From assembly GCA_003971905.1 (NCBI GenBank), contig RSEE01000027.1, positions 620,001 through 684,000 of the forward strand: 64,000 bases of DNA, written 5' to 3'. Below, piece after piece: positions 15,534-29,654 of the stretch. A program made the position numbers and the translations under genes. Every line of letters starts with the position of its first letter. The first letter of the stretch is position 1. Below the pieces are notes generated by a model. The model was not told the origin of the DNA. It did no database searches and saw only the letters and a list, made by a program, of their open reading frames with translations. This DNA is from Moniliella sp. 'wahieum' (lineage: Eukaryota).

Positions 15534-15905
15534 GTGAGCAGCGCGACTTGCCCTGCAAATGTCGGAGCTGGTGTGGGTCGAGCGGGTACGCCAGCGACCC
15601 ACTTTCCCCTCCTGGCTCTCTGCCCACGACTGCTTCTGCCCACCCAGACAATCCATTCCACCTTCGTTGTACGCTGCGTTTCGTCTTTCGCGGGCCATCC
15701 CAATCGCACTCTAATCCTGTAGGCAAGGGACAAACGTCGTATCTAACCGTATGCACTGCCTGTTGGTCATTCAACGCATCGTATCGCATAGAGCGCGCAA
15801 CGCGAATCCGCCAGTGACGGATGCCCGAACCGGGCCGCCCGCTACCCATTCCACAGGGGACCAACAAACAGTGTGGCCAAGAAGAAAACGGTATGTTGAG
15901 CATGG

Positions 15906-16350
15906 CTATTCCTGCGCCTCCTTCTCGGCCTGCTGCGGGCCTTGCGTAACCGCATGGCCTCTTTGGCTGCCGCCTCTTCGTGGCGGTAAGAGTAAACGTC
16001 CTTCATCGACGCTTCGGCCGCGGCCACGTTTTTTCGCACGGCGTTGCGTGTACGGTTCATGCGCTTCCCACCACAACCAAAATAAGGGGTCAGCGGCCTC
16101 GCGAGCGTAACCCGCAGGGGGAGAGTCAAGGCACAACAAAGACGAGCACCGGCACAGGCACAGGCAACAGAACCCAACCTACCTCTTCATGGAAGCAATC
16201 GGCCATCCTCGCCGCTTCAAAGTTGCATACGCCCATCATGCGCGCGCCCAGTCCTTTGGCATGGCACTTTTCCAGCGCCGCGATCAGGTCGCCACACTCG
16301 CGTTTGCGGTTGGCGCGCACCGAGCGCTCCGAACTGGGCAGCTCCTCCAT
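15906..16350 (-). CDS. CMC2: Cmc2-like twin-Cx9C cytochrome c oxidase assembly protein
   Basis: ECGDLIAALEKCHAKG..MGVCNFEAARMADCFHEE (Cx9C..Cx9C); intron ~16066-16183 (GTAGGT..CTGAC..AAG); coiled-coil second exon. Confidence 0.75.
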
Positions 16351-17261
16351 GCCTGGGCTGCGCACAAGGCCGGATGGTGGTGGAGGGGGACGGGGGGGTG
16401 GGGGGGGGTGGGCCGACCGGGCCGGCGGGGGATCGGTGCAACTGCCCAGGACCAGGCACAGGGGCAGGTGTCTGCTGCCGCGTGGCTGCTGTCTTTGCAT
16501 TCTTTCCAATAGTAATTTCCAATAGTAATGCGCGTATCGCCGCGGGCGTAGGGCGAAGCAAGCAGCGCGTCCTGTGCAACACAAAAGTACAACACGCAAC
16601 AGCAGGCAAGCTATGGGCCGCTTCTTTCTTTCGTCGGGCGGGAGACCAACGTCGCCAAGTACACACATATCAACATGGGATGGGGGGGGGGGGGGGTACG
16701 AAGCACAGAACGCAATATGAACGCAGCAGGGAGAAAAAAGAAGCACAAAATGGGGCTGGGGGGCGCCCGTGGCCCGGATGTCGCGGCGCAAGCGACACCC
16801 AGGGCGCGTCGGGCCCGCTGGCCCAGGTGAAGACATGGCCCCAAGGGGCCGGGAATGGGGAATATGATGGGCGAAGCAAACACGGCTCGGAAACCCTCGT
16901 CCACTTTTGAGGCAATGTACAGGGGGGTAGGTGTGGACGGACCGAGACGGTATCGGGTGAGAGCCACGCACCCCAGTGGCCCTCGAGGAAGGCGTGGGGC
17001 GGGCGGGGCAGGGCGGGGTAGAGGCATGGATGTGGCATGGGCATAGGCATGGTGTGTTGGGAGGAAAGGGGAGGGGTAAGGTAGGGTGGGGTCGGATCAT
17101 TCGGATCGGATGGGAAGCAGCACGGGGTGCAAAAGCAAAAGCGACCCTATCAAAACATGATAAGAAGGGAGTGCACCATGTGGATGTGGAACGGCGAGAG
17201 GCGATCGGGGGGGGGGGGAGGGAAGTTCGTGATGAACGCGGTCGGGTGCGCAACACTAGTG

Positions 17262-20200
17262 CTAGTGGCCTCCGGCTGCCGAGGCAGGAGGAACGGGGAG
17301 CTGCGGGCGCCGAGAAGGCGCCTTGGAGGGCGGGCCGTGGCCCATGGAGCTGGGTGGCCGCGCGGTAGGGGCGGCCGACTTGGCCGGGCTGCCAGGCACC
17401 TTGGGGGGCGACATGGGCGCAGGAGGTGCGGGCCGGCCAGCGCCCTTGGCGGGGATGCCTTTGCCGTACTTGGCACGCAACTGGAATAACTCGCCCAGCT
17501 CGTGCTCCAGGCTCCGCTTGCTCTCTCGGATGCGCCCCACCTCTTCAAACATGCGCAAGACTTCCTTGCCCAGGACCTTTTTCATGTCGGCGGCGGTGGT
17601 CTGCGCCATGACCTGCGCATACTCCCCGCCAGCAGAGGACACGGCCTTGACCATCTCCATGTGCTTGGCATGCTGCGACTGAAGCACATCGTTCATCAGC
17701 TTCTGAACCGACTCGTTCGTAGCGTTGAACTGGGTCGCGTGAGCTTGGTTTGTGTCATTGACAGCGGGCCAACGCCTCAAGAGCTAGCATCAACAAGTGT
17801 CAGTACGCATTCCTGTTCGCCGGATTCGTACGTACCAGCTTTGGGATCCCGCTCTTGGTCTTTGGTTTGACGAAGGTTGCGCTCCTCATCATGCGCTTGG
17901 ATCATCTCTGACAACTGGGTGAGGAAAGCAACAAGAGTCAGTAAGAGAGCGCATCACAACAATCCAGCACGCAACGAACCTTTGCATCCAGCGACGCAAC
18001 GAGCGCTGCATTGGCCTCCCGCTCCTTCTGGAGGAGTTCCATGGTGGCCAACTGATGCGAGGCCAAGGCCTCGGCGCGAGCAGCATCGAGCGCCTTGAAC
18101 TCCTCCTGCTCCTTGGACTCGTTAGCTCGTGTTGATAGCAGGCTGCAGGATGGCCTCCATCGCCTTGCTCATGGCCTGCACACTGGCATGCGTCTCGTTG
18201 AGCATCTTGTCCTGCGCCGCCTTTTTGGCATTGGCCGCTTTGGTTGCCTCAGCCTTGGCTTCCGCTTCTGCCTCGGCCTTGGCCTTGGCTTCAGCATCGG
18301 CCTTTGCCTTGGCCTCGGCTGCGTCGGCGGCCTGCTTTGCCTCCAGCGCGGCTTGAGCCTGGTCCGCCATGGCCTTGGCTTCGGCCTCAGCTTTGGCCAA
18401 AGCAGCAGCTTCTGCTGCGGCTTGAGCCTCGGCCGCGGCTTGGGCTTGAGCTTCGGCCTCGGCTTGAGCTTGGGCTTCCGCCTCGGCTTGAGCTTGGGCT
18501 TCCGCCTCAGCTTGAGCCTGGGCCTCGGCTTGAGCTTGCGCCTCGGCCTCAGCCCGCGCTTGTGCCTCGCCTCCGCCTGGGCAGCGGCGTGGGCAGCCTC
18601 CTCCTCTTCAGCAGCCTCGGCTGGGTCGGGCGCAGCCTCTTCAGCTGCTGCCTCTTCGTCCTTGGGATCGTCTTTGCTCGGCAAGGGGGGAGGGTGCTCC
18701 TCTTCGTCCTCATCAGCCTCTTGGATAGGAGGCAGGTCACGGTCCTTGTCCTCGTCGCCTTGTGCATCCGCGTCCCCTACCGGGGCAGGGGCAGGGGCCG
18801 GGGCGGAATCGGCTCGGTCCATCCAATTGTACAGCGACTCGATGTACCCGTTGCGCAGCGTGGGGCTTACTTCAATCCCACCATCCGCCATGGACTGCGC
18901 CACGCTGCCGAGAGCGGGCGATGGTGCAAGAGGCGACTCGGCACGGGATGGTAGACCGCTGTTTCGGGAGAGCGCGGTGCGGGAACGGGCGAGGCAGCAG
19001 GTGTGGCAGAGGGGTGTTCGGTCGCATGCTCACTTTGGGCGTCGATATCTTCTTCCAGCTCCTCCTCTGTAGGTACGGCAACGGGTTCCGTTTCATCGGC
19101 GTGCTCCGCGACGGCCTCCTTCTCTTCGGGGGCTAGCTCCTTGTCCACGGGAGGACTGGGGTCGGACTCCCCGGTAACCACCTCATGCGTCACTTCCACC
19201 TTGTGTTGTGCCTCAGGATCGCCATAGATTTCGAGCGTGTGGTGGACCTCCACAATCGGCTTGTCCGCACCCGTATCGCCATCTTCAACGGGCTCCGGCG
19301 CGGGGTCACCGGACGGATGTTCTTCATCATCTCCCCACCGCTTTCCTCCTTGACTGAGGCGGCCGGCTCGAGTTCGGGCGGTGCACTGGGTTCGTCCTTT
19401 GGTTTATCATCCACTGGTTCAACGGGAGGAGCAGGATCGTTAGGTGCTCCCAGTTGGTGAATGAGAATGTCGATCCGGGAACCCAAGTTGCGATTGGGAT
19501 CATCAGCGCCGGAGGCCGCCTTAGACGAGCCTGCCTTGCTCTGTGCCGCAGAGGCGACGGAGGCCGGCCTGGACCCCGTTTTGGGTTCCGGCTCACCCGG
19601 CTCACTTGGTGCAACCGACGAATGATGGGATGGCGTGTGTTTGGAGCCCTGGTTGGAGGAGGGGGCAGGTGAGGGAGGGGAACGAGATCGCAGGGACGGA
19701 GCAGGGTACGGGAGAAGCGGATTTGACTGAGGCAGCCACCGAACCACCAAGGCTCGGTTTCCCTCCTGCCGGTCCGGACGGGCTTGCTTCGACATTCCGA
19801 AGCGACAGAGTAGGAGCCACGCTGCCGCGTTCAGACTGGGGGCCGGGAACCGTGACATAGGTGGTACTGGCCGGAGATCGGATGGTCTGCCCAGGTGCCC
19901 CGTGCTCTGAAGTGGGCTTGGCAGATGATGCTTTACTCGAAGGTGCCCTCACAGAGAGCGCGCGGACCGAGGGGGCCCTGACGGAAGGGGCGGGAGCAGA
20001 GGGAGGCTTGGAAGAGGGTGCCTTGATAGAGGCTGCCTTGATGGAAGCAGACTTGGCCGAGAGCGGGTGGGAGTGGTGGGACTGGAGAGAGGTGTCGACA
20101 GACTCGGCAAGCTTCTTGGCCGTCGCCTCGGCCAAAGCGCCTGACGCGGAGCGCGTCGACGGTGCGCTACTCTTGTCCTCGGGGCTGGTGCTCGGATCCG

Positions 20201-23200
20201 GTGCCGGATCGTCCTCCGTCAAACTGGCCTTGAGAGTTGCACTGTGTGCGGCCGCCGCAAGCTGGCGAGAAATTTCCCGGGCCGTCTGGTCTGGCATGGT
20301 GCTGAAGCCATGGTTGAGGTCCGTGATGGTCTGGGCCAGTCGTCGCCACTCTTCCGAGCGACGCGGTGCATCGACCGAGAGCCAGTGGTTGACGTCGTGC
20401 AAGGCTTGGATCAGCGCACTGTATTGCTCATCCTGCTTCCTTACCAACTCGGCGTATGAATCCGACGGTCCTTCGGGAGCAGGAGCTCCACCCGCTTGTG
20501 TTGTCGCATCCTTTTCCGATCCAATCGATGGAAGAGATCCTCCCTCCACCTTGCTCTGCCCGTCTCCAAGATGCGGCGGTTCCGTTGGCACTTCGCCTGG
20601 CCCCGCACTTTGCACCGCTGACTTGATGGGAGACGGTGTGGCAGGTGGGGCCATGGGCGGAGTTCCGTAGATGCTCGCCTCCCTAGCACTTGGCGCGACC
20701 TGGGCCTGAGACACAGAAGGAGCGGCCACAGGCTTTTCTGAGGCGCGCGCCACCGACGCAGACCTGGCCGAGGCAGACTTTTCTGATGGAGCCTTAACCG
20801 ATGGAGCCTTGACCGACGGAGCCTTGTCCGATGGAGCCTTGACCGATGGAGCCTTGTCCGATGGAGCTTGGACCGACCGAGGCCGTGCCGAGGGAGTTGC
20901 CGAAGCCCGACTTGCGGTTACCGACACTGGCTTTCCGGACGCAGACTGTGCTGCTGCAGGCTGGGCCGACGCCGGCGCATCGGAGGCCGACCTTGCCGAA
21001 TCCGGCTTGGCCCCCTTCGCGGAACTGGCCGTGGACCGAGGCTTGCTTGCGACGGAACGCGGTCGAGACAGCGGAGGTGGGGGAGCCGACTCCATAGCCT
21101 CGTAGCGTGCCCTGGCTTGCGCCACTTTACTGAGGGGGCTACGGGTGCCAGATGACGCTTTGGAAGAGGCAGCCTTGGACGAGCGATGGGAAGCGGCCCG
21201 AGAGGGGGGAAAGGAAGGCGCGATGGACCCCGCTATCGTTTCGGGAGGGGCAGGGGCCGTCTTGAACGATTCTGCTTCCGATGGCTGCGGTGACCGCGGG
21301 AGAGCAAGATCCCTATCTTCAACAGGACCGCTCTCCTTTCCCCCAGGAGTGTCGTCCTGCTTGGATGGAGGAAGCTCTCTATCCTGAGCGCTGCCAACAG
21401 ACGTACCAGGAGCCATGCCAGGCTCAGCATCCGCCCCGTCTGACTCAGTAGCATGGCCCTCAGGCATACCAGCATCCCCGTCGGCCAAGGAACGTTCGCC
21501 GTCCGGCCCCGCCGTCGCGTCGTCGCCCAAGACGGTAGATCCACCAGTCCCAGCGTGGCTGGCTGCGTCCTCTGCGATGGCCGAAAGAGGCTTACCGGCT
21601 GATGGTCCAGCCACAGGGGGTGGGCGGCTACGGGTGCTTCCGGCAGCCGAGCTGCGAGACGATTTTGGTTCTTCCGGTTCCGGTTCCTCTTTGTGTTCGC
21701 CCCTTCCTCCTTTTCTTCCTCCTGGTTTGAAGGGTGGGAGGCATCCGATGCGGGCACGTCTGGCAGCCAATGACCATCATCTTCCTCGTCCTCGTCACCT
21801 TGTTGGGGGGTTCGGCTCTGAGGGACCGTGCCGTACTCCGTGGAAGGGTATGGGGGCAGTAGCATAGTGGCTCTTGATCTCTTCTGGCTGGTGCTGGTGC
21901 AGTCCGTCCGAGGGATTCAAAATGTCCCTACTCTCCGTCTTGGGTCCATCTACGCCTGCGGGCATGGAACATGATGCGTTAGTAGCAGGATGGGACGGAT
22001 CGGACTCGGGTTTCATACCTGGGCTAGCAGTACCGCTCGGGGCTTCTTCCTTGGTCTCAGGCACGTCCACCTCGCCTCCTTCAGCGTCAGGTTCAGCCCC
22101 TTCCGCACCAGGAAGAGAACGGGTTTCGCCCTTCTCAGGTTCGCTGGGGGGCTTTGAGCCCACTTTGCCAGAGCCCGACCGGGAGGAGGCGGGCTTGGAT
22201 GGCGTGCGGGACGTACCGGAGGAGATGCGGACGAGGCAGGCTTGGATTTGGATCCAACCTTGGATGGAGCTGCCGATCCAGGGAGGGACACGCCACGAGG
22301 ATCGATGACCGGAGCAGAAGCTCCGTCGGCGCTCCCGGCTTTCTTCTGCTCCTCCTTTTCTCCTTCACGCCTTCTCCCTCTTCATCAGGAAGCTCAATGT
22401 TCTTCCTCAGTTCTGGCGGTGTCAGCCCGGGCAAGAAATGAGTCTGCTTCGTTTCGGGCCGGCCGAAAAATTTGGCTCTTGTATTTCGCTCAAATCGTCC
22501 GCCAGGACAAACTGACCAGTGCTGGCAAGCTCGTGCATCAACTGGGGCCACCATTCCTTGCGCGCAGATTGACCATCTGGTTTGGAGGACGCGTCGTCCT
22601 TGCCGCCGGGGGTAGGTGCCTCCCTCTTCTCGTCTTCCTCTGGCTTCTCTGCATGGTCAGACGCTTCCGTGCCCGCTTCGTCATTGGCTTCCGCTGGCTC
22701 CGACGGCTCTTCTGCTTCCTTCTGCTGGGGCTCGGACCCTGATGCCGCTTCGGATGCAGAGGCGCAACGCGAGGGGTTGGATCTCCCGTCCCCTGGGCAG
22801 ACGGTGCCGTCTCCTGGTCAGCAGCGGCAGGCACGTCAAGGGACCGACGGTCAGGTTCCTGGGAGTGGGCATCCTCAGCATCCCCAGCATCCCCTGCATC
22901 CTCCGCATTCCCCGTGTCGGGGAGAGGCAAATTGCTGCGACCAAACAAACAAACAAACAAACAAACAGTTAGCCCACTCACTTTTCCTCTTCCTGGTCCA
23001 AATCCAAACCGGAGCGGCGCCAAGCAACGTACTCATTGTGGATACTCCGCGGGGTGCCATTCTCGCCCGTCGGATGCCCCGGCGGCATCATATGAAACGC
23101 ATCTGGCCCGTCCGTATGGGGCGGGGGGGAGAGTCGAGGCGCCGAACCTGCCGCGTCGGGCCGCATGGATGCCGGGTCGAGACCTAGCACCTGCACCGTC

Positions 23201-26200
23201 CTCGTGTCCGGCCTCGCTGTGTGGGGGGACCGTGGTCGGGGCCGCAGGCGCATCTTCGTACACGGTGGCAGGAGCCGGAGTGGCAGCGGGCATCGGGAGA
23301 GACGTGTCGCGAGGATGGGCGGGGGAGCGGCATTTTCGCTCGGCGGATCACGTCCTCTTCCCTGGGGAGAACAGGGGCCGGAGGGTGAGCAGAAGGCGGT
23401 TGCATCGAGGGCGTAGGGACACTAGGTGCTGGGGCTGTTGCCGTGGTAGCCGGACCCGGCGGTACCGTCCCATACACACTTGGCTGGTCGGAAAAGCTGG
23501 GGTTGTGATGGGGCAGGTCCCATGGCTCAGGCTGAGGCGGATCGCGCAAAGACGGCACCCCAGACGTTCTCGGCGGGTGGTCTGGGTGAGGAACGTAGGA
23601 CGCCGGGTCGGCTTCCTCCTCTCTTCGCGCACAATGGACGGTACCCCGGGGGGCGTACGGACACTGGGGAAGGTCCCGCGGTGGGAGGGCGGGCGAACGC
23701 GGGGGATGGTCCCGCTGGGAGGGGGGCTGGGTAGGACGCCAGATTGGGGTCGGGCGCATTGAACGGCATGGGCGCATCGGGCATGGTCAACCTAGGCGTT
23801 TGCTCCGGCATGGCTGGCGCAGCGGGTACCGGGGCCACGGGGAATGGGGCTGAACTGTCGTGGTAGGCGCTCACTGGGCGATACATCGAGTCTGCATCCG
23901 TCACCTTGGGCGGGACAGGAGGCGGTGGGTCGTAGGGCGCGGAAGGAGCGTAGTAGCCCGTCGCGGTCGCGTCCACTGTCCCCCCGATGGAGGTTCCGCA
24001 TGTGCATCAGCTCCGACCTCGGCCGGGCGCCCTCACCCCAGGACTGGGACAGCCGCGGCTCGGCCATGGTTCCATCTGCTCTTGCGTCGTTGGTCGCGGA
24101 ACAGGGCCAATCGGTATACTACCTGGGCCCGGGGGCGCAGCGGGAGCGTATCGCGACAGACGCTCGGAGAGGGATGCGGTATTGGCTGCCGAGTTGGCTG
24201 GCACTGTCGTTGGGGGACGGGTCGGTGGACGCGAAACTCACGATACTTTCGGGGGCAGTGAAGGCGGTCAAAGGGGAGAGTCCGACAGCACGGCGACCGG
24301 GACTGGACGCCTGGGGAGGAGGCGCCACTGCTTCTTCGCGCATCGACGGCTCCCGCGACAAGACGGGCGCAGCGGGAGGCACCGGCTCGAAGGCAGACGG
24401 GATCCGGGCAGACGGGATCCTTGGCCTGGCTCCGCCATACGGAAGTCGGGTCCAGTCCTCCATCCCGTCCGGATGGGGCTCGTCGCCCAGGCTCTGTTCG
24501 ACGGCGGCAGGCGCATCGCCCATTACCATCTCGGGCGCCTGGCGGGGGTGCTCCGTGGCGACAGGAACTGGCTCTTGGCCTGATATGGGGCCCAGCGTTC
24601 AGGAGGGCTCCCGGCGGTGGTCGGCTGGCGCGGGCCCTCGGGTGCGCCATATCGCCCATGGCCATATCCTCCCTGACCGACGGATACGGTGCCCATTGGA
24701 GCATCCTGCCTGTCGGGAGCAACGCTAGCGATCGGAACTGCGCTGGGATCACGTTCAACCCGAGGGACAGTAGCGTTGCTGCGAACCATACTCTCTTTGA
24801 CCGACTGATAGGGCGTTTCCGGCGCGGCGTCCGGCCAAACTCCAGCGGCAGTGAGAGGTGCACTGGGAGATGTCTGCACCCGATGGGGCGCGTTGCCCAT
24901 AGCCATCTCGGGATAAGCGTGTTCCTCCGCGTGAGGAGCGGCACTCAGTTCCCGTTGCGAAGGCACCGCCGTTGGTGGTACCCGTGCGAGCGTGGAGGGC
25001 ACCCTGGGAATGGAAGTGGCCAATGTCGGGTCATGCTGCACGCTACTCGGTGGTCCCAAGTTGATCTCGCGCCGAACCGGGCGTCCGGTATCAGCCATGG
25101 ACACCTCCGCAGGCTCCGCTCTTGGTGTCGCTTCGTGCTCCAGGGGCGTGTCGGGAAGAAGGGTATCGGGCGCGGGCACGCCCACCTCGGACGCTGGCTG
25201 CGAGGCAGGAACCGAAAAGGAGGAAAGGTTGACTGAGCGTGTGGCTTGCGGCGGGGGAGAAGGTGAGCGTTGGGCCAAGACGGGTACGGCGGCACGAGAG
25301 GGGGGCGCACGAATGGTCCGGTCCGAATCGGGGGATGGACCACGCTGGATCTGGGGCACGTCAGGAATGTCCTGGGCCGACCAAGCGCGGGAAAGATGCT
25401 TGCCCGGCGAGTAGTAGACAGGTTCCTTCGCCCTCGCATCCTCTACCGTGGGAACCCCCATGGACGATGGGACGTGCGAGAAGCTTGTCTCTGGCGGCAT
25501 GCCCACCTCCGAACGCGCTCGGCGGGGCACGCTGTCCTGGAACTGTGACCCTGCTAGAAGTGTGCCCACCTCGGACCGAGATGCCAAAAAGGGCTGCGGC
25601 GGGACGCTTCTCCAACCCCATCTCGCTTACCCCCCTTGGCCCGCTCAGGGCCGAAGCAGGCGCTACCGCAGTGGCAATCCGGCTGGGGACGGGACAATGC
25701 GTTCGTCGGGAAGCTGAGACAAGTTGAAGCCGGCCTCACTCGGGGGTGGCACTATCGTCTCGGGGTATTTGACGGAACGCACCTCGGTTCCGGCCTTGGG
25801 GAGGTCCATGCTCATCACCGTCGGAGGCTGCAACACCGTTTCGGGATACGGCGCGAACCGCTTGGCATCCGGCGACAGCGGCAGGTCCATGTCCATCACC
25901 GTTGCTGGCGGCAACACCGTCTCGGGATAGGGCGAAGCCACGGTCTTGTCCTCGTGCCACGTCGGCACATCAAAGTTGATCTCGGTTGGCGGTTGCAGCG
26001 CCGTGTCGGCGTACGTGGGGGACGCACCTCCTCTGGCGGCTTGGGTAGCACCTCCACGTCCATCTCCGACCCAGGTGCCAACACCGTCTCGGGGTACGTC
26101 AGTGCCGACAGCGCACGTTCTGTCGGCACCTCACTCACGCCATCGAAGAAGAGGGCGCCTTGACGGAGAGGGGGGCAACGTGCCATGCCCTCGGTGCGTG

Positions 26201-28580
26201 TCCGTGTCCGAGTTCGCATCGGGTACATTCACGCCTACAAGCGAGGTGTCACAGGCGGTACCGACAGCGGAAGCAGGTGCCCACTCCGATTGAGGCTGCA
26301 CAAGGCTCGGCGCCGTAGGCGCACCCAGCGTCGAGCTCAAATCTATCCTCGTCTCCGGCGTACGGGGCGCAAGGGGGGCGTCCGGTAGCTCGCTCGTTGC
26401 CAACTCGGTAGTCGACCGGCCTGAAGTAAAGACGGGCGGCAGAGAGGTGGCCAACCCAGGGTAGCTAGCAGTCGGGTCCGGTACCTGCGTCCCACCCACC
26501 GACGAAAGCGCGCCGCCTGGGGGGGTGGAGCAGCTCCTCCGTCGCCTCACCCTGGGGTAGGGTACCGAGGCTGAGTACCGTCTCGGGCCCGGACGTCATT
26601 CCAGGCCCCGGAGCAGATGAGAGCGAGAGCGGACCGCGGTCGTCAGGAATGGCTGAGATGCCCATATCAGACGCTGCTGGGGCTGTCGAAGGTGGCGCTT
26701 GGATCGACGTAGTTGGATCCGGGAGAGGCGGGAGGCCCAGGACAGATTCCTGTGCCAATGCAGGGCCCGCAGGCGGCGCCAGGGAGCGAGTTCCTGCTTC
26801 AGAGGGGGAAACGTCATCCCGATGACTGATTGCGGTTCGATCGCCGTTTGGGGCGCTGGGACACCGGCCTCAGAGGCGGGCAGGTTGGTGAGACCCATAA
26901 CCGAAGCGGGTTGTCGTACACTTGGGCTGATCCCGACTCATGGCCCGACGCGGAGGATCGGGACGAGTCACGTCCACTACGTCCCGGTGAGAGACGCGGT
27001 GGAGCGAGGCTGTGGCGGAAGATGGGTGACTCCGGCGGCCGAAGTTTGGCCCACTGCCGACGCGGGCGGGGTGCGACCTGAGAGGGGCCGTGCCAAACTT
27101 GGCCCGGCACCCATCCCACCATTCTGCCTCGCTTGCGAGCTGAACAATCCAGAAGGGTTAGCATGCGGATCACAGGGAGCGGGTCAGCCAGGACGTACTC
27201 GAGATCCACGTTGAAGACGACACGCGTTTGAGCGTCAGAGAAGGCGAGCGACACTGGGTATCCTTAAGCCCGAGCGATAGAGGATATCGATAGCCAGACC
27301 CCGGTAGTGGTAGCGGGCGTGCGCACCATCTTGCCTGCCGTGATCGACACCAAGTCGGAAAGGGGCAAGATCATGTGCTCGGTTGCTTCCTGCATGGGCC
27401 GGTGGGAAAAGACAAGCAAGTGTTCAAATATCGTGGCCGTCGCCGCCGCCCATCCCGGGTACGCAGTGGTGGAAGGATAGGGGTAAAGTCAAACACCTCC
27501 AGTGTCGTCTTGTGCAGCGCCTTTCCCGCAATTGGGATGGGAGGCTGCAGCATCTGCAGCCCTTCGATCGATCCTGGCAACCCGGGATGGCTGCCTGCTC
27601 CATGCGCGGGGTAACACGCCGGACCGAGCGGGGACGAAGAGTGTGGACGCTGAGTCATATTGGCTGATGCGCTGTTGGACGCGCGACGAGGAAGCGGGGC
27701 TGGATCGTACGGGCGAAGTAGGTCGGGGGTGCCACTCATGGCTCCTAGCCGCTGTATAGGGGCGAGAGCCTGCCAGAAGAAATAGAAGCATACTGCGCTG
27801 CCCGCTCGATGGCGTGGACGGGGGTTCAATGGAAACCACAGGTGGAGCAGGGGGAGCGCGTGCGGTGGAGGCACGTTGGGGGCTGGTGCGGCCGCTGGAT
27901 CCGGTGCCGGTAGGGGCGCCCTGGCTGGGCTCGGACTGGGCGATGGGAGGCAAGGAAGGCGCGGTGGATCGCTGCAGCTGGGCCAACGACGCTCCTCGCG
28001 CGCATCGACTGCGGACAGAGGGCCGACTGTGGAGGCCATGTTCCACTCTTCACTAAGAGCCGGAGAAAAGCCCGGCATGGCTGTGGTCGGTCGTCGTGCT
28101 GCCCGCGTGGGGGCGGTGCGGGGTCACGTGCGGAGGCAGGGACAGTGATCATCGTGGCCGATCGGTCCGGGGAGGGAAGCCGAGAGCCAGGGGAACCAGC
28201 GGGCAGGCGCGGGCGGGGGAGAGAGTGCCTGAGGCTGGGCGCCGAGGCGAGGTGGGCCGAGAGGCGCAAGCGGGGCGGGGGCATCGAAGAAAGACCGGGC
28301 GCGGGCGGAGGTGGATGGGGATGCGGAGGCTGGGGCTGAGCCAGCGGCGGAACGCAGCGGAGGGGGGCGCGTCGACAAAGGACTGCGAGGGGAGGAGGAG
28401 GCGGAGGGCGGAGGGCGAGGCGTGGGTGCGGGCGCTGGCAAAGGCCGAGCTGTGGCTGTGGTGGGGAGGAGGGGTGGCTGCTGGCGGGCGCCGAGGGTGA
28501 GGGCGAGGGCGAGGGCGGGGCGAGGGCGAGGGCGAGAGGCGCGGGGGGCGGAGGAGCGCCAGGCGGGGTGGAGGGCGCCA
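17262..28580 (-). CDS. Giant (~3000+ aa) Pro/Ser/Ala-rich protein with a putative N-terminal PH-like domain, internal repeats and a C-terminal coiled coil
   Basis: Near-continuous minus-strand coding frames joined by frameshifts and short introns (e.g. ~22932-22981, GTGAGT..GCTAAC..CAG). C-terminus [33 protein letters not shown]. Start may be 27739 or 28580, and it could be two genes. Confidence 0.65.
18250..18575 (-). repeat. Coding tandem repeat ([12 protein letters not shown] coiled coil)
   Basis: Repeated GGCTTGAGCTTGGGCTTCCGCCTC-like units on the + strand. Confidence 0.85.
20783..20870 (-). repeat. 15-bp coding tandem repeat ([10 protein letters not shown])
   Basis: CCGATGGAGCCTTG(A/T) repeated ~6 times on the + strand. 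Confidence 0.9.
25740..26100 (-). repeat. Degenerate ~27-aa coding repeats (YPETVLxPxTxMxMDLP)
   Basis: [82 protein letters not shown]. Confidence 0.8.
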
Positions 28581-29345
28581 TGTGATGTGCGAGGAGCGCA
28601 GATGGTGGGGAGCAGAAGCAAGGGGGGCGGCGTATCGCGAGCAGGCAGCACACCAACAGGCGCCCCGTGCTGCCTGGGCGATTCGCAGGCTGCGCGGAGC
28701 AGGTGCTAGTCACCAGCACTTGGTCACAAAACACGCCCCCTCGCAGCGCCCCCCCCGCACGGCGCAGCGCCAGTGTGCCCCGTGCTCCTGCTTGCGCAGG
28801 CAAGCGCCAAGCCGCGAGCGCTCGCAGCCACGCAAAACATCACATGACCTCGGTGGACTCTACCTCAGCAACCCTAGCAGCCCATCAGCCATGCGCCCAT
28901 CCGAGGAGGCCCCACGCCAGGACCTGCGTCGTCGACCCAGTCCCAGACACACACACCTGCCCCTCCCTGCCCCCAGCCACCGCCCCACAGTCCCCCCCCC
29001 CCTTTGCCCCCCCCCCTTCCAGCTCCCACGGCCATCCCACGCCACACGCCATCGATCAAGCGGCGCCCTGGCATGCGCTGGCAGAGAGTGCCACGCACAG
29101 TGTTGCAGATCTGTCGCGCAGGCGCCACAACAGTAGTCACTAGTCATCCGTGCCCTTCCGCGCCTCGGCGCTGACGGTGCGGGGTATTTCTGTCAAACCA
29201 CTATTTCGTATCAGAAACGGTAGAGTGTCAGATCTCAGATCTCAGAGGAAGCTTGCAAGTATTAGTTCTGCTAGTGTCGTGATTCTGATTTCGTTTTGCG
29301 CTGATGCACAGAGGCACAATTTCCCTGCCTCGTAGTGTTGTCTGT

Positions 29346-29454
29346 GGCGCCACACGGGTGTAGTGGCGCCGGTAGCCCAAGCCAGGAATCTTCTCTAACC
29401 TCTGTAATAGCTCTCACGTGAAATGATGCAATATACCACCCAACTGCCTCTGGG
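29346..29454 (+). repeat. Dispersed hairpin-headed repeat, copy 1
   Basis: GGCGCCAC..GTGGCGCCGGTAGCCCAA followed by TTCTCTAACCTCTGTAATAGCTC..ATACCACCCAACTGCC; similar to 34891-35070. Confidence 0.75.
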
Positions 29455-29654
29455 CTTCTACATTGTCTGTCTCTCTCTTCTCCCCTGTCCATCTTTTGCA
29501 TTCAGCTCCATGTCTCCTGCCCATCCTCTTCTCCCTTCTAGCAAAATATCCGCGGCTGCATTTTCTTCGGCCTCGTCGCTCCACTCAGGTCTCTCCTTAG
29601 TAGGCCTTACAGCTTAACCCCTGGCGGTGTGAATGTGGCACGGTGTGGGCAATA

